Origin: Sphyrna mokarran
Taxonomy: Eukaryota
Direction: 5' to 3'
Assembly (NCBI GenBank): GCA_024679065.1
Contig: JAGIQG010000014.1
Span: 75,144,001-75,208,000, forward strand
DNA length: 64,000 bases
Below are positions 51,443 through 63,164 of this stretch, one piece after another. The notes beneath the pieces are model-generated. The model did no database searches. It was not told where the DNA came from and saw only the letters and a program-made list of their open reading frames with translations. The position numbers and the translations under genes were made by a program. The number at the start of each line of letters is the position of its first letter. The first letter of the stretch is position 1.

Positions 51443-51535
51443 GCTTTAAGAACTGTTGTTGCAGTTATTGGTTAGGACACATTGTGTCGCTGTCTACCAA
51501 TAAGAAGCTGAGGTGTTGCTCGCGATCTGGACCCT
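51443..51535 (+). promoter_or_regulatory. Pcdh promoter cassette, gene 5
   Basis: GCTTTAAG 51443, TTATTGGT 51465, CGCT 51488, ACCAATAA 51496, GATC 51524. Confidence 0.85.
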
Positions 51536-51758
51536 GCTCCAGCAGGGAAACGCAGAACTGAGGCGGATAGAGAGCGAGACGGGCAGCCTGTTCCTGCGTT
51601 TATGTTATGTGACCCTTTTCGGAAAAGATAACTGATTGATCAGTATTTCTCAGCTCTGAATTAGTGCATTAGAGCAACATTCGCTTATTCTTTTGTTCGG
51701 TTAACAATACCGACTGGCAGTTACTTAGCACCGTTACGACAAAATCCAGCGCAGGACA

Positions 51759-54161
51759 ATGGCGCATACAGCGGAAATCTGGCCGTCTTTCTTCATCCTG
51801 CTTTGCGCGTCGGATCTGGTCTGGGGACAAATTCGCTACGCGATTCCAGAGGAACTGGAACCTGGAGCCTTTGTTGGGAATATCGCTGATGATTTAAAAC
51901 TTGACATTCTGCAGTTATCGGCTCGCAAGATTCAGCTGGTTTCCAATGATCGCAACCAATACATGGAGGTAAATCTCGAAAATGGAGTTTTATTTGTTAA
52001 AGAAAGAATCGACAGAGAACACCTTTGTAGACAACGCTCCACCTGTTCCCTTTCTTTCCAAATTGCGCTCGACAATCCGCTGGAAATGCATCGCGTTGAA
52101 GTGGAGATCTTGGATGTGAATGATAATTCGCCCAGTTTTTCCAAGGATGTTTATTCTTTCCGGATTATTGAATTTACCGCTCCGGGGGCGCGTTATCCTC
52201 TCGAGAGTGCGTACGACTCGGATATTGGTACAAACTCTATTAGTAATTACCAAATCAGTCCAAATGCACACTTTGGCCTCCAAGTGCAGACAAAAAGCGA
52301 TGGGAGCAAAATGGCAGGATTGTCCTTAGAAACACAGTTGGATCGTGAGCAGCAGTCAACATTTCATTTTGTGTTGACGGCCATTGACGGAGGTAATCCG
52401 CACAGATCTGGTACTGCTCAGATTATCATCAGTGTTGTGGACGCGAATGATAATGCGCCTGTATTTGATCATGAAATATATAGGACTAATGTACTTGAAA
52501 ACACCCCTAAAGGTACGTTAGTGATCAAAGTCAATGCTCTTGATTTAGATGAAGGCACCAATGCTGAATTAGCATATTCTTTCACCAGTCACACGTCGCA
52601 ACGGACCCGTGAGTTGTTTAGACTGGACGGAGGAACCGGAGAGATCAGTGTTGAAGGAGTTCTGGACTTTGAGGAAAATAATATTCATGAAATTCATGTT
52701 GAAGCTGTGGATAAAGGAGTAGTCGCAATGGCAGGACACACTAAAGTAATGGTGCGATTAATTGATGTGAATGACAATGCCCCGGAGGTAGAGGTGACCT
52801 CAGTTCCCAGTACTATTCCAGAAGATGCGCATCCTGGGACTCTGATAGCCTCAGTAAGTGTAAAGGATCCAGATATTGGTGAGAATGGGCAAGTCCAATG
52901 TGAAATCGATGTACATATTCCGTTCAAACTGCAGAAGACACTGAGCAACAACTATAAATTGATTTCAAATGATATTTTGGATCGTGAAACGTACCCACAA
53001 TACAACATATCTATTTCATGCTGGGATAACGGGTCTCCTCCGCTCGCAACAACTAAACACATATTGGTGTCTATTTCTGATGTTAATGATAATGCGCCGA
53101 AATTTACGCAGCTCTCATATGATGTGCTTGTGCTAGAGAACAATCAACCCGGTTCTTTCCTATTTGCAGTCACTGCGTTGGATCCAGATTTGGCTGAGAA
53201 CGGAGCGGTTTCCTATTCTTTTATGGAAAGTCAAGCACAAAATGTGTCGACTTCTTCAATTTCAATTAACTCAGCGACTGGGGCCATTTACGCGCTGCTT
53301 TCCTTTGACTATGAACAGCTGAAGAATTTTAAAATCATTGTTCAAGCTCAGGATGCTGGATCTCCTCCACTGAGTAGCACTTCCATCGTGAATGTCATTA
53401 TCCTGGACCAAAATGACAATGCGCCGGTTATTGTTTCACCTTTACCGTGCAACAGTTTAGCACCAATGGAGATTGATCGTCAGTCTATAGATCCAGGAAA
53501 CATTCTCACCAAGATAATCGCAACAGACGCCGATTCTGGCATGAACTCACGGCTTACATTCCGAATGTTGGAGGCTTCTGATACCAGTCTTTTCAGCATT
53601 GGTCCACTTTCTGGAGAAATACGGGCAGTCCGAAGTTTTACAAACGAGGACGCTGCCAGGCAAAGAGTAATCATCGTGGTGAAGGACAATGGGCAACCCA
53701 GCCTGTCCAGCACGGCTACTATTTGCTTTTCGGTCTTGACGAACGTTCTTGAAATGCGCTCCAACCAAGGTCGCCAACCCAGTAATCATGGGAACTTTTC
53801 GGAACTAAATATTTATTTAATCATCACTTTTGGCTCAACATCTTTTATATTTCTTGTAACTATTATACTTTTGGTAGTGCTAAAGTGCAAACAGGGCAGG
53901 AATATTAAGCATTACAATCCCACATGTTGTTGTTGCCGTAGACGGCGTAATTCGAATGATACCTTTAGTCGGAGAACTATTCCAAAAGATCTGTTACGAT
54001 ACAATGCAGCACATCAGACACTTCCCATTTCTGGAACTTATCCGTACTGTGTCCGTTTATCTCCAAAATCATCCAAAAGTGATTTCCTGTTCCTAAAACC
54101 CTACGAAGCAACCCTACCATTGAATGATTCGAATGTTCATAACACTATCTTGACCAAATAA
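51759..54161 (+). CDS. Clustered protocadherin, single large exon (gene 5; 800 aa)
   Basis: Signal peptide, QIRYAIPEE, six EC repeats, TM, CCCCRRRR, tail YCVRLSPKSSKSDFLFLKP. Confidence 0.95.
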   Translation: MAHTAEIWPSFFILLCASDLVWGQIRYAIPEELEPGAFVGNIADDLKLDILQLSARKIQLVSNDRNQYMEVNLENGVLFVKERIDREHLCRQRSTCSLSFQIALDNPLEMHRVEVEILDVNDNSPSFSKDVYSFRIIEFTAPGARYPLESAYDSDIGTNSISNYQISPNAHFGLQVQTKSDGSKMAGLSLETQLDREQQSTFHFVLTAIDGGNPHRSGTAQIIISVVDANDNAPVFDHEIYRTNVLENTPKGTLVIKVNALDLDEGTNAELAYSFTSHTSQRTRELFRLDGGTGEISVEGVLDFEENNIHEIHVEAVDKGVVAMAGHTKVMVRLIDVNDNAPEVEVTSVPSTIPEDAHPGTLIASVSVKDPDIGENGQVQCEIDVHIPFKLQKTLSNNYKLISNDILDRETYPQYNISISCWDNGSPPLATTKHILVSISDVNDNAPKFTQLSYDVLVLENNQPGSFLFAVTALDPDLAENGAVSYSFMESQAQNVSTSSISINSATGAIYALLSFDYEQLKNFKIIVQAQDAGSPPLSSTSIVNVIILDQNDNAPVIVSPLPCNSLAPMEIDRQSIDPGNILTKIIATDADSGMNSRLTFRMLEASDTSLFSIGPLSGEIRAVRSFTNEDAARQRVIIVVKDNGQPSLSSTATICFSVLTNVLEMRSNQGRQPSNHGNFSELNIYLIITFGSTSFIFLVTIILLVVLKCKQGRNIKHYNPTCCCCRRRRNSNDTFSRRTIPKDLLRYNAAHQTLPISGTYPYCVRLSPKSSKSDFLFLKPYEATLPLNDSNVHNTILTK

Positions 54162-55789
54162 GAAATCCAAATTTTAGACTGGGTATCATGTCAAAAATCA
54201 CTCTCGTGAGTCAAAGAATTATTGAGCATTGCAACTAACATTGTCCCAAATGAAAACACGCTAATAGATGTAGGTAGCTATGCTGATGACTCTATCCCTA
54301 ATGAATGCCCGAATCAGAATCTCCTTTGCTGTTTTGCCTACATGCTTGCTGTTTTGTATTTTTACTATTCGTATTACTGAAATGTACCAATCATAGAGCT
54401 AAACATCTTCTTTTCAGCAACCATGTTCCATTTAATTATTCAGTATTTAATTGGAAAGCAGTGAGGAAAATGTTTTTATTCAATAACCAAATGTTTTCGT
54501 ATTCTATTCCCAGATTACATTGTTGTTACGTGAAGTGGATTGACGTGAACGTAGTGAAAGAACTCAAAAAGCATGATACAAAACATAATTGCCAGAATGT
54601 TAGGTGAAGTAAATTTACAAATATTATAAAGAGATCAAGCTGCAACATCGTTTTATGTGCAAAGGGCACATTTACAAAGCAACATCCTGGAGTCATTTTG
54701 CAAAACTCGGTGATAATTATTTCAATGGTGTATGAGTTTCTTTTTACTTTACTTATTAATGTAACAAGTAGGTGTACATCAACACTGCAATTTCCAATAA
54801 CACTCACCGATTCTTGATTAAAAAAAAATAACAGTTATGCCAAGAGTTTAACTGACTTTATATGCAAGTAAAGTAAAATTATTTCCGCAACTTCAAATCG
54901 GAGGAAATACACAGCTAACTAGCAAAGGCTGGCATGCATTAATAACAAAATTTATCGGCAAGCCTAAGGTGCAATTCGACAAACCAAGGCATAAAATTTT
55001 CCACCATTTAGTGTCATATCACACTTCAAAACTCTTGTCAGTTGTTTACCGGCTACCTCATATCCAAACTGGGGCCCTAGTATGAAGATATCTGGGCCCA
55101 GGTCATCCTCCCATAAGTAATGATATCAAAACTGTTCACAATACTCAATATCTTGTCTCACCAAGAACATGTGCAGATGCAGCATATCATCTTTGCTCAA
55201 TGTACTCAAATGCCTTCTTCTCTTTGGACTCCTAGTCCATCAGCGTTTCTACGAAGTTATTTGTTGAAGAGCACGGTCATTCTTTTCTTCTGCATTAAAA
55301 AATCTCCTGTTCCGCACAGTAAAGAATCTACTTACGTCCAATGTGTTTCTTTTTATATACTTATATAAGATTTTACAGTCCAGTTTTATGTTCCTGGTAA
55401 TTTTCTAAAATCCTCAAGCTTGCTATTTTTTCTAGCAACTTCGTATGACTTTTCTTTGGATCTAATAGTACCTTTAATTGTTTTTTTTTCAGCATTCGCT
55501 GGGCTACATTTCTTTTATGCTTTTGTCCAGAAAGGAATGTATTATTGCAGCATGCATTAAATCGTTCCTTAAATGTTAGACACTGCCATCATGATGCCTT
55601 TCGACGAAGTTCCCCAATATGCCGTGGCTAAGTCGCCCCCTCATAATTCTTTAATAAAGTTTAGGACCCCAATTTCGCATGGACTACTTCATTTCTCGTT
55701 TCAAAGAAGAATTCTATCATGTTTTCGTCAGCTTTTTCCTGAAGGCTTCACACAAGAAAATCGTCAATAAAATGTTTCAGATTGCAGGA

Positions 55790-58700
55790 TCTTCTTCTTT
55801 GGTGATCACTCACTAACAAATATTATTGTCCACCTAGGAAATTCCTTGTTCCTGGTCATTAATTCTGTGCGCCCCTGCGTAGCTAATGAGTCTGATCCTG
55901 ATCCGAATCTCTCCCTGCTCATTTAGAAGCTATTTCCGGTGTGTGGAATTGGTCCTTGTAGTCGAGATCACTGGCATTCACTTCTGACGCTCCTTTTCTG
56001 GCCACCTCTTACTATTCAATGCTCTCATAGAATTATGCGGTTTCAAACAGATGGGTCCTCCAAGTAGATTTCTTCTGCACAAGGCGCTCATGTGTATTGA
56101 TGTCAATGTGCATTACTTGAATTAAACCGTCGGAATATCTTGAAGAGCTTTCTTTGTTCTCTTATTAGCGTTCTTGCCTTGATTTGGACGTGATTTGTTT
56201 TGGCAGTAGGGTCTCCGACATTCTAACCACGAAGTGGGTTATGGATGTTCATGTCCTTGATGCTGTTGCTCTCGGCAACTCCAAAGACGTGAAAGTTAGC
56301 ATGCCTACAAAATCATCTATGCGGAGAATCCACCTATACAACTTGCCGGTACCTCTCCAGGACTTTGCTGTGGCGTTTGCATTTAGTCGAGATTTCTGAG
56401 CCGAATTGAAAAATTGAGAGGACGATAGTTCTATGTAAATGTATCTTAGTATCAGCATGTACCTGTCTACACGTTGATGTAAGCTTAGATGAAATGTAGT
56501 CCCCTCCCTCCCTACCCCCAGGGAGGAGAAATGCTCCACATGTGGGAGAGGTTCTCCATTGATCTTGATAGATGAAAGCCCGGGTCTTGACTTGGTTTGA
56601 GTTGATCAATCACCGGAGTAATCTTGACATTAAGGCTGAGAGCAATTCTTCAGTTTGTTTCACGAAGTCATCAAACATAGCTTTGAGATTCTGTTCAAAG
56701 AAATGACATTTCGATTTATGATTCACGAGTGATGCCAGTGTTTTTTATTTTGTGGATTGCAACTGGTTGAGGTTGAAAAGTTTTCTGTTCATCCTCTACT
56801 AGGAAGTTTATTCTTACAAGGTGAAGTATGATGCAAAGAAAACGGAGAAGGCGGTGGTGTCAATGACATACGACTCCTTGACTCCAGCCTTGGCCTCGAT
56901 ATTAGAAAAAATGAGACGAGTCACCGAAAGGGATTGATGAATTTCTCTGTACATCTGGCTTTTAATTTCCTGATTGACTGAGTAGACAGTCTTGACCAGA
57001 TTTGTGAAGTTTCTGCAGAGTGGGTGAAGCTGTTTCCTGCATTTCTCTTAACCTTGTCGTGCCCTGAAAACCATATTTGTTGTTCCATGGTGTGTTTGGA
57101 AGCCACACTGGCATTCAGGAAGGATTTCTGCAGAGACAGGAAAAAAGCGTACAGCAAGGATTCAAGCTATGGCATTTCTGCCTTGGGAGAGATGAGAGAT
57201 TTCAAGGTCGTTCCCACAATCCGCTTTGCCTCCTTTGTTCAATATAGTGGCGATGACGGCATCGCTGAGGTCAGCAAGGATTTCTTCTCTGTCCCAGATT
57301 TTCAGTAAGTGTTGATGGAGTGAAAGTGTGATCTCTTATCCTCCAATTATGAAAATCTCTGCTGGAATACTGATTACTCTTGCAGCTTTCCATTCTTCAT
57401 GTTTCTGATAGCAGGTTCACCTTCACAAAGCTTTTTGGGAGTCCAAAATCATTTTGATTAGGAGTCGGATATCCGCATCAATAATTGTATCATGGTTCAG
57501 GAGCATAAAATGCCAATAGTGCAGAAGAAGGCCATTCAGGCAATAGGATCTGCACAGACTCCCCACCAAGAGTAGCTTATCCTGGCCATGCCTTCTTATA
57601 TCCATCTAATTACCCTACTAATGCCGCTAAAATACATATATTTGGACACGACTAAGCAATTTGGCACGGACAATCCATCTAACCTATACATTATTGGACT
57701 GTGGGAGGAAACTAGAACATCCAAAGGAAATCCACATCGACACGAGGAAGAAGTGTAAATTTCACACAGCCACCCAAGGCTGCAATTCAACCCAGTTCCC
57801 TAGCGCTGTGACGGAGTGGTGTTAACCAAAGTACCACAAAAACAGATATTTAAAGTCTTCTTTCCTTGAAAGAACGTTGTGTTCTCTGTCTCTCAAAGAT
57901 AATTCCATATTCATTCGAGACCAGTTTGAAACCATTGCCTACGTGACACTGAAGAAGCCACAGGTGTCATCCTTGTCAGCACGGAGTTGCAGCTCATTAA
58001 CTCCCATTTCACCATTGATTTTGATTCCTGATTCTCCTACTTCTCCTTCGTACTTCCCCCTTTTGTGTTTGATGAGTTCTCTTTTTTGCCTTGCTGAGGA
58101 TATAATTTCACCAGGCGCTGTGAGCATTCACTTTCTTATTGGTTCGGTCTTGGATGATGAGCTCATTCTCTGCGAACCAATATTGACGTTACTTTGTCCT
58201 GGAAGTAATGATTTCTTCATAGCATGAAACAATGGACGTCTTCAACTATTTAAATGTGTTCCGCTCCATTGCAATAAATGATTTGGACGTTTTGGTGCAG
58301 AATTTGTTAATAGCTTGCTGGAATGCTTGGGTCTGAATGCGTTCAAATTTGATTTTTTTTTCACAGCTGATTTTTCATCTTCTGCTGTTGGTGGAGATTA
58401 ATGGATAGAGGAGTGGATGAACTGATGATCCACACTACTCATCATTTTGGTGATGCGAGCATGTACTTGGGATCAGGTCATGTGGTAGTGCCTTGATCAT
58501 GGGTGTCTCCACGAAGTCTTGAACCTGGCATTTTGATCGACCAGTTTATTAGTAATGACACGTTAGTGCTCTTCACAGTTGTTGAGCGGGGAAACTCATT
58601 AGAATTGCAGTTCCCAAACCGTTGCTTTGATGATTGCTTTCCAGACTTTGCTGTCCTTTCGAATCCTCACTTTGAAGTTGCCAAAGAGGAGTTCTGATAT

Positions 58701-59370
58701 TCCTTCGGAGTGTTGGATTCTATAGCATCCTTGGTGAAGTAGAAGCTTTTTTTGAATCAATATCATCAAGGGCTTTCACAATTGTTTGCTGGTTCTAGAG
58801 CGATATAAATGGAGAGTAATGAGGCATTCTTTGATACGGATAAGATGATGCAAGAATTTGTCGAGGAATTTAGTCTTGATGGCGAATCAAATCCCATGCG
58901 TTTTGCTGATCCTTGAATTTCGTCTACAGCCATGATAGTGACGACCGCCTTCTTCCCTCAGCTGCCCTTCGCCAGCTGATCGGGTTCCTTATAGTGGAGT
59001 GACATCAATGCTGAAGTATCTAAGCTCACTGGTAATAAGGACTGATCTCAGTTCCAGTCGAATGTTCTCTAAGTTACCATGAACATGCTCCCAGATTAAA
59101 ATTAACTTTGTTTGAGCGCAGGTCGAAGAACTTGCTAGGTGTTATCTATCAGCCAGTTTGGATACAGACCGGACTATATTTCAGGCACGTTGTTTTTATT
59201 CCTTCTCCTATGCAGGCTGCGTAGTGTTCATCCTGAAGAGGGAAGCTTCGTCGTGTAGAAAGTTGCCGAAATTCTCTTGTTCCTGTTCCAAGAGGAATCG
59301 ATTGAATTAAACTCCACCGCCTAGATGCTGGACCAATTGTACGGACTTCCACATCTCACGGTCCTGTCCC
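55790..59370 (-). mobile_element. Decayed RTE-clade LINE, near full ORF, interrupted by a SINE
   Basis: APE start-like (VEVRTI ~59350); RT-region remnants GKLFNLNQLQS, ADTKIHLHRTIVLSIFQFGSE and KVLERYRQ. Confidence 0.6.
57490..57840 (-). mobile_element. HE1/V-SINE-like SINE
   Basis: Minus strand GTGGTACTTTGGTTAACACCACTCCGTCACAGCGCTAGGGAACTGGGTTGAATT and core TTTCCTCCCACAGTCCAA. Confidence 0.75.
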
Positions 59371-59822
59371 GTTAACTCTCGCGATCAATGCATGATCTAT
59401 TTCTGTGTGGACGGGACACACGGAGGGATGAAGTGGGAGACGAAGGTGTGGGAGCGGAGAGGGCGAGGTCTGTGTGTGTGGGGAGGGGGCGTGGTGGTAG
59501 GCATCTTGTGCATCATTTATTTTCATGTGAAATTTCGATGCACATCAATAAACACACAAATCTTGAGCAAGTTAGGTCCAATTCCAATGGCAAAGGAACG
59601 TCGACGATCGGGAAGCTTCTGACTGCTGCAGACGCCATCCTCCATTGAAGCTATTCTTATCATGAGTGCATTTTTTAATATCACGAGTGTATCTTCCGAT
59701 TGATATGCCATTGAGGACTTGTTTTCGATTGCACTTTGGTTCGTCCCCATCGACCTTACTCTCAGAGCTGACCGAGCCAGGAGTAAAAGGTCGTGACGAC
59801 ATCGCTCTCGGGATCAGTGATT

Positions 59823-60137
59823 CATAGAATTATAGAATCCCGTCAGTGCAGATGGAAGGTGTTCGGCTCATCAAGTCTGCACCGACCACAATCCCACCCA
59901 CACCCCACTCCCGTAAACCTACATATTCAGCGGATAATCTCCCTGACACCAGAGTCCATTTAGCAAGGCCAATTAACCTAACCAGCACAACTTTGGACTG
60001 TGGGAGGCACCAGAAGCATCCGGAGCAAAGCCATGCAGATACGGGGAGATTGTGCAAACTCCACATAGACAATGATCCAATACCGTAACTGAACGCAGCT
60101 CGCTGGCGCAGTGAGGCACTGTGCCAACGTGCCGCCC
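59823..60137 (-). mobile_element. HE1/V-SINE-like SINE
   Basis: Head GGGCGGCACGTTGGCACAGTG, core CCTCCCACAGTCCAAAG, and GATTCTATAATTCTATG tail. Confidence 0.8.
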
Positions 60138-60279
60138 CGGAACGCTCAGTTGAATGCTCAGCACTTTCCATGACATAGTCGCATTCCACGGAAAGGTTTT
60201 TGAATGCGCAAGCTTATTTTCCGTGAATACCCCTCTCAAAAAATCATCAATTGAATGTTTTTGATTGTACAAACACTAA

Positions 60280-60600
60280 ACCCAAGATAACCTGTTCTCC
60301 TTAAATCACCCATTCACACTCTGCATCTTTGTTCTGCCATATACACTTTCGGCTCTCTTAAAGGATTCTATGTGCACCATTCTCGCATTTATGACCACAA
60401 ATTATACTCCTTTGTCATTTTATGGCATCTTAGTCAACTGCGTCCCCCAACTCTTAAAATAAATCACGTCTTATATGCCTTGTTTTTTTTTTACCTCTGA
60501 CAAAGAGTTAACCAGACTCGAAACATTGTCTCTATTCTCTATCCATAAATACTGGCAGAACTGCTCAGATTTTCCAACGTTTTCTGTTATTATTATAATC
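60280..60600 (+). mobile_element. Penelope-like 3' terminal repeat remnant with degenerate hammerhead motif (60497-60527)
   Basis: CTGACAAA-GAGT..ACTC-GAAACATT followed by a TCTCTATCCATAAATACTGGCAGAACTGCTCAG tail. A related tail lies at ~18230-18340. Confidence 0.5.
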
Positions 60601-61540
60601 TGTTTCCTCGTTGGTTCATCGACGTACTTGTCCAAAACAAATCTCGTAAATACTCCAGGAGCTTATCTTTCACAGGATTATTGGTAATTTGATTTGTGCA
60701 GTCTATTTGTAAATTAAAATCACCCGTAATAATTAATCTAAGGGGAGTTTCCAAACTGCGGTCTTAAAAACACAATTTAAATTTTTGTCTCACAATTGTG
60801 CTTTCCTTTACCTTGTTATCCGAAACTCTAATGTACCATCTCCCAATTTACCAGGACTGTTCGTCGGATTATTGAGGACTCCGACTCCACAACTTGTTTT
60901 TTTCTTCTTAGATACATGGAGACTGACTCTACATCTCAGTTTTCTGAACCAACATCTTTTTTTCAGTATTGCACTGATTTCATCCATTGCTACCAATGCA
61001 TGTCCATATCCTTTTCATTTTCCTCTCTTTTCGAATCAGTACATATATTTGGATATTTATTTCCTAGCATTGGTCACCCGGCAGCCACTTCTTCATAATC
61101 ATGATCATACCATACTTTTTTACATAGATTTTGCTGTCAGGTACATCGCATGTTGATTACTTTTTGGTGCTTTTACACATTTATTTTGTACTATGATTCG
61201 ATTTTCTGCAAGCCCGTGTTGCCTCTTCCAGTTTTGCTACTTTATTTTCTATGTTTCATTTCTACCTTTGCTGCCGTCTCTTGCTTTCCCCCACATACGT
61301 TCCCACTCCCTGCCAGGATAGTTTAAATCAAACTAGCCCAATTAATCCTGTCACGTTCCGAGTTGATGGTACAGCCTAATAGGAAGATTGCAGAATGGTA
61401 TCCTATCTCAAAAGTCCTTAATATGTATTTATTTATATTTATAAAACGTAGAGTCACTGAGATACGTGACTACCAATTCGTATTACAAACAAGGAGATAA
61501 CATTTATTAAAGGTGAATAAATAGATAATGATACAATATA

Positions 61541-61825
61541 CGGGTGGCACGATGGCACAGTGTTAGCTCTGCTGCTTCACAACGCCAGGACAGAAGTTTA
61601 ATTCGTGACTTGGGTCTCTGTGTGTGGAGTCTGAAAGTTCTCTCCGTGTCTGCCCATGTTTCCTCCGGGTGGTCTAGTTTCCCCCTATAAGTACGAAAGA
61701 CATGCTGGTTATGTGTATGGGCCTTGTTAAATTCTCCCTCACTGTAGCCAAATGTGGAACCGCAGTAACTGCAGCGCAGTGCTAATGCAAGTTATTTGAG
61801 ACAATAATGGATAAACTTTAAACTT
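61541..61825 (+). mobile_element. tRNA-derived SINE (HE1/V-SINE-like)
   Basis: GGGTGGCACGATGGCACAGTGTTAGCTCTGCTGCTTCACAACGCCAGG with a TAAACTTTAAACTT tail. Confidence 0.75.
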
Positions 61826-63164
61826 AAACGTATAAACTTTGCTCTTCCGTTAGATTAACTATTACACACACGTTTCAGGAGTAACACGGATTGCAAAGAA
61901 CATTTTAATCTGCAATTGTTTCCTCAGAGAACCTGCAGATGGTTATCACGTGAAAGCTTGCAAACCCCCGTCCTAAAATCGCATTTTTAATTATTCCCTC
62001 ATAATGGTGTTTCCTTTTACCGGTTAGCATTCTAAACGCTGCACCAGGTTTTCTTGATGACACTTTTACCAACGCTTCCATTCCACTTTTAGAAGCGAAA
62101 CTTTCTAAGATTTTACCCTTTTTAGTTTTAGAGTCTTTTGATCACTGTGCAAAGTGCTTACAATTGTTTTATCTCGATTTTCACATAGTATTAAAATGGC
62201 ATCAGACGTTTGATTTGCCTTTGAAGTCTTCTATCCAAATTTAAATCTAGTTACTGCAATGTCTCTTTAACGCAGAACACTTAGTTTCCCTTCCTTGAAT
62301 TCTTTTGAACAATGCTTTGGTCTCAGTTTACTTAACTCCAGTAGTCTTAAGCATTCTTTCTGAACCGACTCCCTGGTTATATGGACTGTTATTTGTACTT
62401 TGGGAGCATGCCTGTTTGCAACTCCAGTTTTGTACAGTCTTCTTTTTGGGAAAGTTTGGAAGCTCTCTCCCATTGCCTTGTTTCCAACTGTTAACAAATT
62501 CAGCTAAAAACAAAACTTAGAAGTTATTTTTCATCCTTATAACAGCCACATTTGCTCGTAACCCCGCTAGTTCTATTCCTTATTCATGCATAATTCTCTC
62601 TAAGGGCAGTGGAATCACAACTGAAATTCAAACCAGCACCAACTCCTATGTTCAACTTGTATCTAACTGTAGGTTTTATCCTTCTCGGCAACGCATCATT
62701 AAGTTAAACTCACTTAAAATACTCTTCTATTTCTAACGTGTACTAAAGCAAATATAAATCCCTTAGACTTGCCTTTGCTTTCCTAGCAACAACGTGGATG
62801 CAAAATTCATGTCCGAGAATTAGAGTTCTCGGACAAGCATCTCATCTCATGACAGTCCAGAGTCTGTTTGCAATCGGAAATGCACAAATTGGCAATGTGT
62901 TATAATACATGCCAGATAGATGCGGCTCCAACAACACAGAATATACTCAACAAAATCCAAGACAACGCAGCCTCTTCATCCGCACACCATCCACCAATTA
63001 AACATTCACTCCATCCACCAAAGAACCATTCAGGCAGCAGCATGCACCACACGCGTAGAAACAAACAAGTTAGAAACAACAAAGGGTGTTTTGTGTCCCA
63101 AGCCTATACTATCCTTTGGTAATGTCATGGCTGATCCCATGCAGCGAGCTATTCCTCGATCATA

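Noticed and set aside
6939-54161. Assigning the symbol PCDH10 or a specific alpha/beta/gamma name
   Set aside because: The tandem array with CSE promoters indicates clustered Pcdhs, and orthology cannot be set without a phylogeny.
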